Counted from the first letter of the stretch, positions 8,863-22,513 are shown. The stretch is 64,000 nt of DNA from an uncultured Streptococcus sp. (GCA_943914425.1 CALUBZ010000002.1:3200-67199); one strand, 5' to 3'. The notes: generated from the sequence alone by a model not told the origin. A program made the numbers and translations.

Positions 8863-11655
8863 TTATTTCTCTTCAAATCCTTCTGCGACTGCATCTGCAA
8901 AGTTTTCTTCTACGATGCTTGCACAGTGGTCACAGATGACTGCATGGTAGCTGCGTTCTGCTGTTGTTGGGTCAATGCGACGGCAACGGTCACATACTTC
9001 ACCTGCAGCGCGTTCAACTGTAAAGGATACATCTTCGAAGCTAACGGCAGCTTCTGGAGCTGGTCCTTCTGCGATGGTCAATTCAGACACGATTAAAAGT
9101 TGAGCTACATTGCTGTTTACTGCTTCAAGTAAAGTTTTCACCACTTCGTTTGGATAAACTGTCAAGTGAGCTTCAAGTGATTTACCAATTACTTTTGCAT
9201 TACGCGCTTCTTCCAAGGCTTTTTGAGCTTGTCCACGGAAGTCCATGAAGGCAGCCCATGTATCCAAGATTTCTTCTTGATTAGCAAAAGTTTCTGCTTC
9301 TGGCAATTCTGACAATTGAACGAAGTCTTCAGCTTCAAACTCAAGATATGACCAGATTTCCTCTGCTGTGTGAGGAAGGATTGGTGTCAAGAGTTTGGTG
9401 ATTTTCACAAGAATGTCATAGAAAACAGTCTGCATTTGACGACGTTCCAGTGATTTTGCACCTTCGATATAAACAACATCTTTGGCAAAATCAAGGTAGA
9501 AGGCTGACAAGTCAACGTTGATAAAGTTCACCAATGCCTTATAGATTGTCAAGAATTCAAAGTTTGCATAAGCATCACGAATGGTCTTGACAAGCTGGTT
9601 AAAGCGAATAGTCATGTACTTATCAACTGAGCGAAGCTCATCGTAAGCTACTGAATCTTGAGTTGGGTTAAAGTCAGATGTATTGGCAATCAAGAAACGA
9701 AGGGTATTACGAATCTTACGGTAAGTTTCAGAGACTTGGCTCAAGATATCCATAGAAATACGCACGTCATTGCTTGAGTCTACACTTGTTACCCAAAGAC
9801 GCAAGATTTCAGCACCGAATTGTTTTTCAACATCGCTTGGAGCAATGGTATTTCCAAGAGATTTAGACATCTTCTCACCTTTACCGTCAAGGGCAAAACC
9901 TTGTGACAAGATTTGCTTGTAAGGTGCTACGCCATGGTTGGCAACAGATGTAATAAGTGATGAGTTAAACCAACCACGGTATTGGTCAGAACCTTCTAGG
10001 TAAAGGTCTGCTGGGTAAGTCAACTCAGGACGGTTTACCACAACTCCATTCCATGATGAACCTGAGTCAAACCAAACGTCCATGATATCAGTTTCTTTTT
10101 TGAACTCACCATTTGGTGAACCTGGATGAGTAAATCCTTCTGGCAAGAGGTCTTTGGCATCACGTTCCCACCAAATGCTTGAACCATGTTCTTCAAAGAG
10201 TTGAGCTACATGCTCAATCGTTTCAGCAGTCATGATTGCTGTACCATCTTCAGCATAGAAGATAGGAAGTGGAACACCCCAAGCACGTTGACGAGAGATA
10301 ACCCAGTCGCCACGGTCACGAATCATATTGTAAAGACGAACTTTACCCCATTCTGAGTGGAATTTCACTTTTTCAATTTCGTCCAAGATTTCTTGGCGGA
10401 ATTTAGAAACTGAGGCAAACCATTGTGGTACTGCACGCCAGATGATTGGTTTCTTAGTACGCCAGTCAAATGGATATGAGTGAGAGATTTCTTCTTGGGC
10501 AAGAAGGAGGTTACCAAGTTTTTCAATAACAGTTGGAACTACCTTTTCATAGAATTGACCTTCAAACTCAGGACCAGCATTCTTCATCATGATACCACGC
10601 TCGTCAACAGTCACTGCGACTTCAAGACCATTAGCAATACCAACATTGTAGTCGTCCTCACCAAAACCAGGGGCTGTATGGACAATACCAGTACCAGAGT
10701 CAGTTGTAACGTGGTCACCAAGGATAACCAATTCATCTACAGCTGTATCCCATGGGTGTTCTGTTACGATGTGGTTGAGTTCTTGACCACGGTAAGTTGC
10801 CAATACTTGAACATCAACCCAGCTAAATTTCTCAGACAAGCTAGTCAACAATTCTGCAGCAACCACAAACTTACGAGCTTCACCAGCAGGTTGAACCAAG
10901 ACGTAATCAATATCCGCTCCAACAGTCAAACCACGAGAAGCTGTGATAGTAAATGGAGTAGTTGTCCAGACAACGATGTAAGTATCTGTATCTAGAACAC
11001 CTTTGCCATCTTTTACCTTATTGGCATAGTAAAGAGAAATTGAAACCAAATCATGGTATTCAATCTCCGCTTCAGCAAGAGCCGACTCAGATGACCAAGA
11101 CCAGTAAACTGGCTTGGCACCACGGTAGATATAACCTTTATTAGCCATCTCACCAAATACACGGATTTGAGCTGCTTCATAGTCAGGAGTCAACGTCACA
11201 TATGGATTTTCCCAGTCACCAGAAACACCCAAACGTTTAAAGTCTTCACGTTGTTTATCTACTTGAGAAAGTGCGTATTCACGGCAAAGTTTCAAGTACT
11301 CAACCAAGTCCATTTCTTTGCGTTTAACACCTTGTTTTGCCAAAACTTGCTCGATTGGCAGACCATGAGTATCCCAACCTGGGATAAATGGTGCGTAAAA
11401 ACCTGACATTGATTTTGAACGAACAATGATATCTTTTGAAATCTTATTCATCGCGTGTCCAACGTGAATATTTCCGTTCGCGTATGGAGGGCCATCATGC
11501 AAGGTGAAATGAGGTTTTCCTTGGTTCAATTCTTGACGACGTTGGTAAAGTTTTGCATCTTCCCATTCCTTTTGCCAAACTGGCTCTTTGGTAGGAAGGC
11601 CTGCACGCATTGGGAAAGCTGTTTTCCCAAGGTTAAGGGTATCTTTGAGTTTCAT
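8863..11655 (-). CDS. ileS: Isoleucine--tRNA ligase (type 1)
   Basis: HVGH (HIGH-like) and KMSKS motifs, C-terminal CDRC/CDHC zinc finger; 930 aa. Confidence 0.99.
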   Translation of the reverse strand: MKLKDTLNLGKTAFPMRAGLPTKEPVWQKEWEDAKLYQRRQELNQGKPHFTLHDGPPYANGNIHVGHAMNKISKDIIVRSKSMSGFYAPFIPGWDTHGLPIEQVLAKQGVKRKEMDLVEYLKLCREYALSQVDKQREDFKRLGVSGDWENPYVTLTPDYEAAQIRVFGEMANKGYIYRGAKPVYWSWSSESALAEAEIEYHDLVSISLYYANKVKDGKGVLDTDTYIVVWTTTPFTITASRGLTVGADIDYVLVQPAGEARKFVVAAELLTSLSEKFSWVDVQVLATYRGQELNHIVTEHPWDTAVDELVILGDHVTTDSGTGIVHTAPGFGEDDYNVGIANGLEVAVTVDERGIMMKNAGPEFEGQFYEKVVPTVIEKLGNLLLAQEEISHSYPFDWRTKKPIIWRAVPQWFASVSKFRQEILDEIEKVKFHSEWGKVRLYNMIRDRGDWVISRQRAWGVPLPIFYAEDGTAIMTAETIEHVAQLFEEHGSSIWWERDAKDLLPEGFTHPGSPNGEFKKETDIMDVWFDSGSSWNGVVVNRPELTYPADLYLEGSDQYRGWFNSSLITSVANHGVAPYKQILSQGFALDGKGEKMSKSLGNTIAPSDVEKQFGAEILRLWVTSVDSSNDVRISMDILSQVSETYRKIRNTLRFLIANTSDFNPTQDSVAYDELRSVDKYMTIRFNQLVKTIRDAYANFEFLTIYKALVNFINVDLSAFYLDFAKDVVYIEGAKSLERRQMQTVFYDILVKITKLLTPILPHTAEEIWSYLEFEAEDFVQLSELPEAETFANQEEILDTWAAFMDFRGQAQKALEEARNAKVIGKSLEAHLTVYPNEVVKTLLEAVNSNVAQLLIVSELTIAEGPAPEAAVSFEDVSFTVERAAGEVCDRCRRIDPTTAERSYHAVICDHCASIVEENFADAVAEGFEEK

Positions 11656-11684
11656 GGTATCTCCTTTATAAATAATAACAAATT

Positions 11685-11900
11685 AAAAACCACGACTGCC
11701 AAAAAGGACGAAAATCGTGGTACCACCTTTGTTCGGAAAAAGATCTAGTCTTTCTCCCTCTTTTCCCGTAACGTGGGGAACGTCAAATCTTACTAGCTTC
11801 AGACTTGAGTTTTTGAGAGGATAATCTTATCAATAGGGATTACAGGACTCACACCATCTCCTGCTCGCTGGAAATATAAGGATAAGATATTGTTCTCACA
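11685..11900 (-). promoter_or_regulatory. T-box riboswitch (Ile) leader of ileS
   Basis: Minus strand AAGGTGGTACCACG T-box, terminator ACCACG...CGTGGTTTTT, stem I with GGTGTGA and ATC specifier codon (GTAATCCC). Confidence 0.93.
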
Positions 11901-11912
11901 TATCACTATTCA

Positions 11913-12698
11913 TTATAAGATAAGGACAGATTCTTTATTTGTATCTTCCTCATTCGATGAAGGGCCTTCGACTTCAACTGGCTCTATATGTTCTTCCACA
12001 TAATGATGTTGTTGAGCTTCAAATTCAGCTAATTCTCTATTACCAGCCTCAATTCGAGCTTGTAACTCAGCCATTTCTTCAGGTGTAAATTGACGAGTCA
12101 TATCGATTGGTTCTTCTTCTGGCTGTGAATATACTGACTCACCAAGAACTTCACCAACAACTTCTTTAAATGCTTCATCACTTGTCTGAAGATAAGTTGC
12201 TGTTGGGCGCAGAATATCTTCCCAATCTGATGATTCAACAATTGCTAACTGACTCTCAATTGTAGATTTGAGACGTTGGTGGAAGACACGGCTCTTGTTC
12301 TTCAATTCTTCAGTCTCAACAGCAACTTTCTTGGCATTATCAGTAGCTTGACGCAAGATCTCATTAGCCTTATATTTTGCTTCTTCAAGCAAACGTTGGG
12401 CATCTTGTTCTGCCTGTTGGATAATATTATTAGAACGATCTTGAGCAGCTTGTTTTACACGCTCTGCCGTATCTTGAGCAATCAATACTGATTGACTCAA
12501 AGAATCTTTCATCTCATCAAAGTAAGACAAACGTTCTTCCAAGCTTTTAATATGTAATGCCTTATCATGATTAGAGCGAACCAAATCTTCATAATCACGG
12601 ACTACAATATCTAAAAATTCATCTACTTCTTCTTGATCAAACCCTCTGAAGCGTGTGCTAAAAGTTTTATCTTTGATTTCTAACGATGTAATTGGCAT
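11913..12698 (-). CDS. divIVA: Cell division protein DivIVA
   Basis: MPITSLEIKDKTF..RGFDQEEVDEFL motif, coiled coil; start adjusted to MPITS. Confidence 0.96.
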   Translation of the reverse strand: MPITSLEIKDKTFSTRFRGFDQEEVDEFLDIVVRDYEDLVRSNHDKALHIKSLEERLSYFDEMKDSLSQSVLIAQDTAERVKQAAQDRSNNIIQQAEQDAQRLLEEAKYKANEILRQATDNAKKVAVETEELKNKSRVFHQRLKSTIESQLAIVESSDWEDILRPTATYLQTSDEAFKEVVGEVLGESVYSQPEEEPIDMTRQFTPEEMAELQARIEAGNRELAEFEAQQHHYVEEHIEPVEVEGPSSNEEDTNKESVLIL

Positions 12699-12706
12699 AT
12701 TTTTCC

Positions 12707-13492
12707 TCACTTACTTAATAACAATTGGACCGTTAATTTCTTTTTATCTTTTTTTGTTTGCCCATTATCTCTAACGAGTTTCAATCGACCGAATTTCCTA
12801 ACACTAATCAAATCACCAACTTGAACTGCATAATCTGATTTTTCAACTAAATGGTAATTCACTTGGACTGCCTGTTTTTCAATTAACTGACTTGCCTGAT
12901 TTCTAGATAGCTTGAAGGCACCTGCTAGAAAAACATCTAATCTAGAACTAGCAATACAAATATCTAATTCTTGATAATCTTCTACTGTAGCAATTTTCTC
13001 AGTAAAATCCCGTTCTTCTAGATGAACCGGTAAACGAGCAATTTTCGTAATGCCATCTTGAAAAAGGAGCATAAACTGTCGATTAATGATAATCTGTGCC
13101 CTCTCTTCATTGACTAAGATATCACCAAATAACTTCCTATCAATTCCCAGCTTGTTTAAAACAGTTCCTAATATTTTAGCATGTATTAAGCGCTCAAACT
13201 TATTAGGATAGACTATTTCTTGCAAGGATAGTTCAAAATCAGAGAATTCTGGCTCAAAATAATCAGGATACAGGAGTACCCGTACATATTCAGTTTCAAG
13301 AAACTGCCGACTGCTCATATAGGAGATGCCGTTGGTTGATGCTAGAACCTTTAAAATCTTTTCTTGATGGGGATTTACAAAGGGTGTTAAAAAAGGAGAA
13401 TACGAATCTTCTACCTTTTTTATCCATTCTGCTCCCTTATCAATAAAAGACGAATCATTCTTAGAAAAGTGTTGATAAATCATCTTGTTCAT
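12707..13492 (-). CDS. ylmH: S4-domain RNA-binding protein YlmH
   Basis: C-terminal S4 domain (SSRLD...GDLISVRKFGR); cluster position. Confidence 0.92.
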   Translation of the reverse strand: MNKMIYQHFSKNDSSFIDKGAEWIKKVEDSYSPFLTPFVNPHQEKILKVLASTNGISYMSSRQFLETEYVRVLLYPDYFEPEFSDFELSLQEIVYPNKFERLIHAKILGTVLNKLGIDRKLFGDILVNEERAQIIINRQFMLLFQDGITKIARLPVHLEERDFTEKIATVEDYQELDICIASSRLDVFLAGAFKLSRNQASQLIEKQAVQVNYHLVEKSDYAVQVGDLISVRKFGRLKLVRDNGQTKKDKKKLTVQLLLSK

Positions 13493-13752
13493 AGAAAAAT
13501 CACTAAAAGTCGAATCAACTGTTCCCCTAGGAAGTGAACTAGTAATACCGCAATCCAGACAGACAAGTCAAGACCTGCAATCTGGAGAGGTAAACGTTGT
13601 AAAGGAGCTATTATCGGTTTCACTAAACTAATGATCAAGCGTCCAAGACGTGATTCATAAGCATTGGGAAACCAAGACATCAGAGCAAAAATGATTAAAA
13701 TCAGTGAATAGATATCCACTGCATTTTGAATAAAACGAATGAGAAAGAGCAT
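13489..13752 (-). CDS. ylmG: YggT-family membrane protein YlmG
   Basis: 87 aa hydrophobic; LMSWFP and GLDLS motifs. Confidence 0.92.
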   Translation of the reverse strand: MLFLIRFIQNAVDIYSLILIIFALMSWFPNAYESRLGRLIISLVKPIIAPLQRLPLQIAGLDLSVWIAVLLVHFLGEQLIRLLVIFL

Positions 13753-14285
13753 TATCTCACTCTCGTACGTTTCATGTCAAAACCAAATTCACCATTTTGT
13801 GATTCATCTGGGATTTTGATATCTTCAATATTGACGACAACATCAACTGGTGTCAGCAGGTACATAGTAGATGCTACCTTTTTCATGTTACCAGCTAAAA
13901 CGTGACGTGCCCCATCCAGATAATCCAAACAACGACGAGCTTGGACTTCTGTCATATATTGGAAATCAATCAAAATACTTTCGTTACCAGCTAATAAATC
14001 AACAATATCTGTGGCGTCTTCGTATTTACGTGGATAACGAACATCAATTGTTACCTTATCAGTAGAACGTTGACTTTGCATAGCCAACTCTTGTTGACGG
14101 GCATGAAGACGAGTGATGTTTTTATCTTTAGATGGCGTGCTAGCAGCTTGTTGAGGCAACTCTTGAACAGAAGGGACTGGAGTCACAATCGGCTCTTCAG
14201 CTTTAGGCTGATAAGTAGTACCCACATCTTCTCCATCTTCTGTAAAATAATCTATAAATTTATCAAATCTATCTTTTAAAGACAT
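13752..14285 (-). CDS. sepF: Cell division protein SepF
   Basis: N-terminal amphipathic helix, [10 protein letters not shown] motif. Confidence 0.95.
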   Translation of the reverse strand: MSLKDRFDKFIDYFTEDGEDVGTTYQPKAEEPIVTPVPSVQELPQQAASTPSKDKNITRLHARQQELAMQSQRSTDKVTIDVRYPRKYEDATDIVDLLAGNESILIDFQYMTEVQARRCLDYLDGARHVLAGNMKKVASTMYLLTPVDVVVNIEDIKIPDESQNGEFGFDMKRTRVR

Positions 14286-14294
14286 AGTTCTTTC

Positions 14295-14966
14295 CTATTT
14301 AAAAAATGCTGAACCAATTCTGACAAATGTTGAGCCAAATTCAATCGCTTCCTTGTAGTCACGACTCATACCCATACTCAAGTCCGTCATTGGCATATTG
14401 GGAATTTGTTTTTCTCTAATTTCTAGTTGCAAATCCTGCGTAGCTTTAAAAATCTCTTTCAACTCATCACTACTAGCTTCAAAAGGAGCCATGGTCATCA
14501 AGCCGACATATTCGATTTTATCTAAGGTGGCCAACTCTGGCAAGAGCTCCAATAGTTCTTCCTTTGAAAAACCATGTTTGCTCTCTTCCTTTGAGATATT
14601 TACTTGTAAGAAACATTTAACAACTCGGTCACTTCTTTTTTGAATTTCCTCTGCTAGCTTTAATGAATCCAAAGCGTGGAAATAATCAACGTACTGAATG
14701 ACATCTTTAACCTTGCGTCTTTGCAAGGTTCCAATCAAATGCCATGTAATATTTCTATCTTTTAAAGCTTCATATTTCTCAAGAAATTTATCCACACGAT
14801 TTTCACCAATATGATGCACACCTAGCGGAAGCAAAGCCTCCGCTGTCGGTACGTCTACATATTTTGTAACAGCAAGAACCGAAACAGAATTGGCTTCTCT
14901 TCCTGCCTGCTGACTTGCATCTTTTATTTGTTGAAAAACACGTTCTGTATTTTCTTTCAAATTCAT
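14295..14966 (-). CDS. ylmE: YggS-family PLP-binding protein YlmE
   Basis: AVTKY, GENRV, WHLIGTLQ, LSMGMS, VRIG motifs. Confidence 0.95.
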   Translation of the reverse strand: MNLKENTERVFQQIKDASQQAGREANSVSVLAVTKYVDVPTAEALLPLGVHHIGENRVDKFLEKYEALKDRNITWHLIGTLQRRKVKDVIQYVDYFHALDSLKLAEEIQKRSDRVVKCFLQVNISKEESKHGFSKEELLELLPELATLDKIEYVGLMTMAPFEASSDELKEIFKATQDLQLEIREKQIPNMPMTDLSMGMSRDYKEAIEFGSTFVRIGSAFFK

Positions 14967-14970
14967 TTAC

Positions 14971-16230
<1,260 letters not shown>

Positions 16231-16244
16231 TTATTTTTCCTCTT

Positions 16245-17624
16245 TTATTCATCAAACATACTTCCAATTAAACCACGGAAGCGATCTGCGATTTTTGGTT
16301 TATTTTGAGAAGATACTTTATCTTCTTTCGGAGCAACTACGTTCGTAGAAGCTGATTGCTCTACCTCAGTATTTTGAACTGGTTGAATAGGGGTCGGTTG
16401 TGCTACCTGCGTAACACGTTGAATCATCCCACCAAAATTAATAGGTTGGTGACGCAAAGTATCTTCACCCTTGACTGCTCGTTGCGCTAACAAATTCACT
16501 TCAGTCAATTGACCAGCAAATTCAGACAAGCTAATCACATGAGCGAAGGAAGGATTACGGATTCCAACTTGATTTGGAACGTAAAGTTTGACACCAACGC
16601 CAAAAACTTCCTGTGCAAGTTCTACAACACCTGGTAAAATAGCATTTCCACCAATCAGAACAATCCCACCTGGAAGATCCAACAAATGTCTTCTTTCCAA
16701 CTCTTGTTTGATTTGTTCAAAAATGTGTTTAATGCGAGCTGAAATAATCTCTGCTAGATATCTTTCTGTAACTTCTACAGGTTCTACTTCACCAATCACT
16801 TCAACTTGGAAGGTTTCATTGCTAGCAAGTGATGGGTAGGCTTCACCATAGTTCAATTTCAATCCTTCAGCTAGTTTTTGTGAAGTCTTCAAAACCTTAG
16901 AGATATCTTTTGTGACATAATCTCCACCTTCTTGAAGAATATTTGTAAACTGGAGTTCTTGGTTACGGATTGTAGCAACAGTTGTTTGACCTGCTCCCAT
17001 ATCAATCACAGTAGCTCCAAATTCACGCTCTCCTTCGTTCAAGACTGTACGAACCAAAGCCAATGGTGAAATAATAATATTTTCAACCTGAACACCTGAG
17101 CGCTCAACTGTCTTGCGTAAATTGTGAAGAATAGTACGTGGACCTGTGTAAAGTAAGCCACGCATTTCAAGGCGAACACCCATCATGCCACGTGGGTCAC
17201 GAATACCTTGGAAACCATCTACGATAAATTCTTCAGGAATAAAAGTAATGACTTCACGATCTGGTGTCATACTCTTTGTCAAGGCTGATTTAACAACATT
17301 TTCAACATCTTGATCTGTAATTTCTTTTGTATCAGATGTAACTGGAATCATTCCTTGAGTTGGTTCTACTTGCAAAAGATTTCCAGGCAAACCAACATTC
17401 ACTGATTTGATTGAAATGCCAGCTTTCTCTTCTGCTTGGGAAATAGCTGACTTGATAGCAGTTGCTGCTGCTTCAATATCAACGATAATCCCATCCTTTA
17501 CACCTTTACTCTTGGCATTACTTACACCAATTACATTAAGTTCACCATTTCTAAGCTCGGCAACCAATACTTTAATCGAATTAGTTCCGATATCTAAGCC
17601 TGTAAAAAAACCATCTCTAGCCAT
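16245..17624 (-). CDS. ftsA: Cell division protein FtsA
   Basis: LDIGT actin-like motif, C-terminal amphipathic helix; start adjusted to MARDG. Confidence 0.98.
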   Translation of the reverse strand: MARDGFFTGLDIGTNSIKVLVAELRNGELNVIGVSNAKSKGVKDGIIVDIEAAATAIKSAISQAEEKAGISIKSVNVGLPGNLLQVEPTQGMIPVTSDTKEITDQDVENVVKSALTKSMTPDREVITFIPEEFIVDGFQGIRDPRGMMGVRLEMRGLLYTGPRTILHNLRKTVERSGVQVENIIISPLALVRTVLNEGEREFGATVIDMGAGQTTVATIRNQELQFTNILQEGGDYVTKDISKVLKTSQKLAEGLKLNYGEAYPSLASNETFQVEVIGEVEPVEVTERYLAEIISARIKHIFEQIKQELERRHLLDLPGGIVLIGGNAILPGVVELAQEVFGVGVKLYVPNQVGIRNPSFAHVISLSEFAGQLTEVNLLAQRAVKGEDTLRHQPINFGGMIQRVTQVAQPTPIQPVQNTEVEQSASTNVVAPKEDKVSSQNKPKIADRFRGLIGSMFDE

Positions 17625-17838
17625 TACATCGCATCCTCTCTCTTCCAAGTTTCAAACTTCTATTCAATATAGCTAAAATAGGGCATAGCTATTCACAGAA
17701 TATTATAACACAAAAAATCCAATCGTGCTTAGTTTTTCCTAAATTTACTTACCATTTTTTCACATTCGCTCATCAAATTTTTTTATTTTCCAAACAAGTT
17801 ATAAAAAATCAGATTTATGAAAAAAAGAAAGCTCATTT

Positions 17839-18543
17839 CTAAGCTTTCTTTGCAATCATTTTTTCTGCTTCTTGTTCTAAAAATAGTTCCAAGATTTTCT
17901 TTGTCAACGTAATCGCTGCTGATAAGGCCAGGGAAACGATTAAATAATTGGCTACTAAGCCATGGTCTCCAACCAATGGTGGTTTAGTCAAGAATCCATA
18001 ATCTCCACCTGTCACCAAATTGACCACAAAAATTAAGGCATTTAGTGCAAAGGTCATGAGAAAAATTCCCTTCACATCCAGCAATCGCTCATTATACTGT
18101 CTCAATAGATAAACTAGAGAGTTCCCCAAGAGTGCTAAATGCCCAAAGATAAAGGACAAGATGGCAATATGTGGGAAAGGATAGGCATCTGGAACTGGAT
18201 AAACAAAGGCTGCTAATGTCCCAAATGTTCCTAGTAATGCAAAATACTGCCTATATTTAGACTGACCAGGAAGCAAAAGCACCACAAACATAGCCATACG
18301 GCAATGGTAAAAAGGTAGGCTTTCTGACAACGGCATATGATTGACCCAGTACCAACCATAAAGGAGGATCAACTGAACTGCCTGCAAGATTTGAAAAAAT
18401 CGTTGGCAAGCCTTCTTTTCACGATAGCGATAGGCTGTAAAAAATGTTAAGGCTAAGAGCGTAAATAGGCTAACATACCAAAAAAGGTCAAATTTAGGTG
18501 GCTCGGTTGCCTGAGTCGTAAAGAAAATATCCCATAAATTCAT
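17839..18543 (-). CDS. YwaF/TMEM164-like integral membrane protein
   Basis: SLPFYHC motif and multiple TM segments. Confidence 0.75.
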   Translation of the reverse strand: MNLWDIFFTTQATEPPKFDLFWYVSLFTLLALTFFTAYRYREKKACQRFFQILQAVQLILLYGWYWVNHMPLSESLPFYHCRMAMFVVLLLPGQSKYRQYFALLGTFGTLAAFVYPVPDAYPFPHIAILSFIFGHLALLGNSLVYLLRQYNERLLDVKGIFLMTFALNALIFVVNLVTGGDYGFLTKPPLVGDHGLVANYLIVSLALSAAITLTKKILELFLEQEAEKMIAKKA

Positions 18544-18633
18544 CTAGTCTTCCTCATGATTCAAAATTTTCCTGCATATTATTATACCATGCTATTTGTC
18601 AAAAATGGATTTAGAAATACGATAATCATCTTC

Positions 18634-19245
18634 TTAGTCAAGATATTGCTCCCTCTGACCTTGATAAACCTGCCAAAGAAGTTCTATTTGCTCCTTGGTA
18701 ATGCGTTTTTCAGATAAGGTTGGCAGTTGGTCAATAGCAAAAAATTGAAGAGCAGCAATTTCTTGATTTTCTTGGAATTGTCCATCAAGAAGCTTACATT
18801 CAAAAACAAACTTTGCATATTGTTTGCTCTGAAGTTGGAAACGATTGGTATCAAAAACAGCTAGAAGTCTTTCTACTTTGGCTTCAAAACCGGTTTCTTC
18901 TTCAATTTCCTTGATAATATTTTCAGTTGGAGAATAGCCGACTTCACCGAAACCACCTGGCAAAGCCCAATCATTCTCTCCTTGTCCCCTAACCAGACAA
19001 ATTTTTTCATCCTCAACTATCCAAGCACGGACGTCCATTAAAGGAGTTGCATAAGCAGACGTTGGTTTCAAGACTTCTGCCACTTCTTCTGCATCAAGGT
19101 CTGATGCTTGATTCAACATTTCAGATAACAGGCTTCGCAAGTCCTCGTAACGCTCACGGTCAAAAGTATCCTTTGTAAAGGTTAATCCAGTATCTGTAAG
19201 GGCAATCATTCTTTGCAGATACTTGACAAAATCACTTGTCTTCAT
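18634..19245 (-). CDS. NUDIX hydrolase (MutT family) with N-terminal Nudix_N domain
   Basis: WALPGG...KEIEEETG Nudix box. Confidence 0.9.
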   Translation of the reverse strand: MKTSDFVKYLQRMIALTDTGLTFTKDTFDRERYEDLRSLLSEMLNQASDLDAEEVAEVLKPTSAYATPLMDVRAWIVEDEKICLVRGQGENDWALPGGFGEVGYSPTENIIKEIEEETGFEAKVERLLAVFDTNRFQLQSKQYAKFVFECKLLDGQFQENQEIAALQFFAIDQLPTLSEKRITKEQIELLWQVYQGQREQYLD

Positions 19246-20605
19246 TTTCTAAACTTTCTACCAGCTTGGCTAGATTCATAGAGTTAGAACCTTTGAGCAG
19301 GATTTGGTCATGGGCTCCAAGTCTCTCTTTGACTTGCTTGACTAGGTCTTCAAATTGGTCTTGTTCTTCTGTTTTCTTAAAGTAGTAAACGTGGCCGATT
19401 GGGAATATTTGACTGGCCAATTGGGCTAATTCGGCAATGTCTTCTCCATAGAAAATAAGGGTATCAAGCACATCTGGAGAAAGGCTCAAAATCATCTGAT
19501 TATGGAGTTGAACAGACTGGTCACCAAGTTCCTTCATATCCGCCAACACTGCAATTTTCTTGCCACCTTCATTGGCTGGAATGGCAGAGAAAGTCTCTAA
19601 AATCAGCTTCATAGCAGTTGGATTGGCATTGTAAACATCTGATAGGATATCTGCTCCATTGGCAGCTTTCTTCCACTCAGTACGGTTACGAGTCAATTCA
19701 AGATTTTGGAAGGACTGACTAATTTGCTCCTCTGAAACTCCTTCTTGCAGGGCAACATAGGATGCAATCATAGCATTTGTCGCATTGTACTTACCAGTCA
19801 CTGGCAAATCAAGAGCTTGTTCCAAGAAATTAGCTTTAAAGGTCAGACTGTCCTTGCGCTCAACTAAGTCTGTAATTTCCAACTCTGCTCCTGAGCCAAA
19901 ACGAACTACTTTTTTATCAGTTGGCAAGTAGTCCTCTACAATCGGATCTGCTGGTGCCAAAAGCAAGGAACCAGGTGCCATCCCGTCTGCAATTTGCATT
20001 TTTCCTTTAGCAATTTCAGAACGGTCTTTGAAGAAGGCCAAATGGGCTTCGCCAACCAAGGTCACGATGGCTGTTTTTGGACGAGCCAATTCTGACAAGA
20101 GATGAATATCACCCAAGTGATCCTGCCCCATCTCCAATACCAACTTTTCTGTTCCTTCAGGCATATGGAGAACTGTGTAAGGAAGACCAATCTCATTATT
20201 GTAGTTGCCTTGAGTTTTGTAGGTTTTATAGGTTGTTGATAGCAAGTGAGCTAACATATCCTTGGTCGTTGTTTTACCATTTGAACCCGTAACAGCAAAG
20301 ACATCAACAGCCGTTTTTTCAAGATAGTAGGCTGCTAGGGTTTGAAAGGCAGTCAATACGTCATCTACTAAAATGTAGGGATGGTTTGCAATTTCTTTCT
20401 CAGACAGGGTTACAGCAGCGCCATTTTCAAAGGCTGTTTCGATAAAGTCATGGCCATCACGCGCCCCTTTGAGGGGCACAAATAAATCCCCTGCCGTAAT
20501 TAAGCGACTATCAAACTCGGCCTTTTCTAACTTGGTATCCTCAAAAATGCTGATATCATTTTTAGATCCGACAACTTGAGCCACTTCATGAATTGTTAAT
20601 TTCAT
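19232..20605 (-). CDS. murF: UDP-MurNAc-tripeptide--D-Ala-D-Ala ligase
   Basis: TGSNGKTTTK, NNEIG, DVYNANP motifs. Confidence 0.98.
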   Translation of the reverse strand: MKLTIHEVAQVVGSKNDISIFEDTKLEKAEFDSRLITAGDLFVPLKGARDGHDFIETAFENGAAVTLSEKEIANHPYILVDDVLTAFQTLAAYYLEKTAVDVFAVTGSNGKTTTKDMLAHLLSTTYKTYKTQGNYNNEIGLPYTVLHMPEGTEKLVLEMGQDHLGDIHLLSELARPKTAIVTLVGEAHLAFFKDRSEIAKGKMQIADGMAPGSLLLAPADPIVEDYLPTDKKVVRFGSGAELEITDLVERKDSLTFKANFLEQALDLPVTGKYNATNAMIASYVALQEGVSEEQISQSFQNLELTRNRTEWKKAANGADILSDVYNANPTAMKLILETFSAIPANEGGKKIAVLADMKELGDQSVQLHNQMILSLSPDVLDTLIFYGEDIAELAQLASQIFPIGHVYYFKKTEEQDQFEDLVKQVKERLGAHDQILLKGSNSMNLAKLVESLENEDK

Positions 20606-20688
20606 TTCTACTCCTTTAAAAAGGGTTGAAGTCCGAGAACTCTAATCACTCTGCAGTGGTGGTTCTGACTTCTACCCTCTCTTTCATT

Positions 20689-21732
20689 TTATAGCAAATG
20701 CGCTTCGCGCTTGTCAAAACTTTCCTTAGCAAGGTCAACCAAATGCTCGATTAGTTCTGGGTAGCTGATTCCCATATTATCCCAAAGTAGTGGATACATT
20801 GACCACTGGGTGAAACCTGGCATGGTATTAAGCTCGTTTAGGAAAACCTCTCCCTTATCTGTATAGAAGAAATCGCAACGAGAGAGACCGAGGCCACCAA
20901 TGGCACGGAAAGCCGTTTCTGCATTCTGACGCATGACAGCTACCACATCATCACTGATTTTGGCTGGAATATCCATAGTAATCTTGTTATCAATATACTT
21001 GGCGTCATAGTCGTAGAAGTCAACATCCTTGACAACTTCTCCTGGCAACGTGCTCTTGACATCGTAGTTCCCCAAGAGACCAACCTCGATTTCACGGGCA
21101 TTCACTCCTTGCTCAACCAAGACACGGCTGTCATATTGGAAGGCAAGTTTCAAGGCTTGGCGGAGTTCTTCTTGAGTTTCAGATTTAGAAATACCGACAC
21201 TAGAACCCATGTTTGATGGTTTTGTGAAAACTGGGTAAGTCAATTTTTCTTCAACTTCGGCAATTTTAGCAGTCACATCATCACCTTCGACAATGGCCAC
21301 ATAAGGAACTTGGGCAATTCCGACAGATTCTAGAACACGCTTGGTCGTGATTTTGTCCATAGCAAGACTTGATGACAAGATGTTGCAACCAACGTAAGGC
21401 ATTTTCAAAACTTCCAAGAATCCTTGAACAGAGCCGTCTTCTCCCATCGGACCATGAAGAACTGGAAAGACCACTGCCCCTTCTTTGTAGATGACACTTG
21501 GTGCAACTTTCTTATCCCAATCAATGGTTTCATTGGTCATGAGACGGTCCTCTTGACCTGGAGTCTGGCTAAATTCTTGCGTTTTAATAAAGTCACCTGA
21601 CTGACTAATAAAGAAAGTCTTGACTGTGAAACGATCATAGTTGACCGCACGCATGACACTCTCAGCTGAAAGGACAGAGACTTCACGCTCTGCACTACGC
21701 CCACCGTATAAAAGAATAATCGTTTGTTTCAT
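20689..21732 (-). CDS. ddl: D-alanine--D-alanine ligase
   Basis: [34 protein letters not shown] omega loop (D-Ala-D-Ala type); start adjusted to MKQTII. Confidence 0.98.
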   Translation of the reverse strand: MKQTIILLYGGRSAEREVSVLSAESVMRAVNYDRFTVKTFFISQSGDFIKTQEFSQTPGQEDRLMTNETIDWDKKVAPSVIYKEGAVVFPVLHGPMGEDGSVQGFLEVLKMPYVGCNILSSSLAMDKITTKRVLESVGIAQVPYVAIVEGDDVTAKIAEVEEKLTYPVFTKPSNMGSSVGISKSETQEELRQALKLAFQYDSRVLVEQGVNAREIEVGLLGNYDVKSTLPGEVVKDVDFYDYDAKYIDNKITMDIPAKISDDVVAVMRQNAETAFRAIGGLGLSRCDFFYTDKGEVFLNELNTMPGFTQWSMYPLLWDNMGISYPELIEHLVDLAKESFDKREAHLL

Positions 21733-21906
21733 ATTACTTGTCCTAATTCTAATAGAATACTCGTTCTTTAGTATATCATATTTGCTTCTTTTTTGAAACT
21801 TGAACCTGATACTGGTCTTCAATAAATCTAAAAAGAGACCGATAAAACAACTGTCGGTCTCCGCGATTTTTGTATAAATGAATTGACTGTGTTAATTTGT
21901 CTAGAC

Positions 21907-22503
21907 TTACAGCTCTGTTCGATTTTCAATGGCTCGTAAGAGTGTAACTTCATCCGCATACTCGATATCTGCCCCCACAGCAAGACCTCGTGCTAGGCGC
22001 GTAACCTTGATCCCAGCTGGCTTGAGCAAACGTGAAAGATACATGGAAGTTGCTTCCCCATCTGCCGTAGCATTGGTTGCTACGATTACCTCTGAAACTT
22101 CACTATCCATCAGACGAGTCATAAGGCTCTTGAGATTGATATCATCCGGACTGATACCATTCATGGGAGAAATGAGTCCATGCAAGACATGATAGAGTCC
22201 ATGGTATTCTTGGATATTCTCCATAGCCGCCACATCTCGACTATCCTCAAGAACTAAAATCGTTGTCTGATCACGACTTGGATCGGTACAGATAGAGCAA
22301 GGATCGTCATCAGTCAGGCGACCACAGATGGAACAATAGGTCAGCTCTCTCTTAGCAGAAAGGAGATTTTTTGCAAATTCATTGACATCGTCATCAGACA
22401 TTCCAATAGTATAAAAGGCCAGACGGGTAGCCGTCTTAATCCCGATACCCGGTAACTTCGAATAACTGTCAATTAGCTTGGCAATAGGTGTTGGATACAG
22501 CAT
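21907..22503 (-). CDS. recR: Recombination mediator RecR
   Basis: LPGIG HhH, C4 zinc finger, Toprim domain. Confidence 0.98.
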   Translation of the reverse strand: MLYPTPIAKLIDSYSKLPGIGIKTATRLAFYTIGMSDDDVNEFAKNLLSAKRELTYCSICGRLTDDDPCSICTDPSRDQTTILVLEDSRDVAAMENIQEYHGLYHVLHGLISPMNGISPDDINLKSLMTRLMDSEVSEVIVATNATADGEATSMYLSRLLKPAGIKVTRLARGLAVGADIEYADEVTLLRAIENRTEL

Positions 22504-22513
22504 AAGTTCCTTT

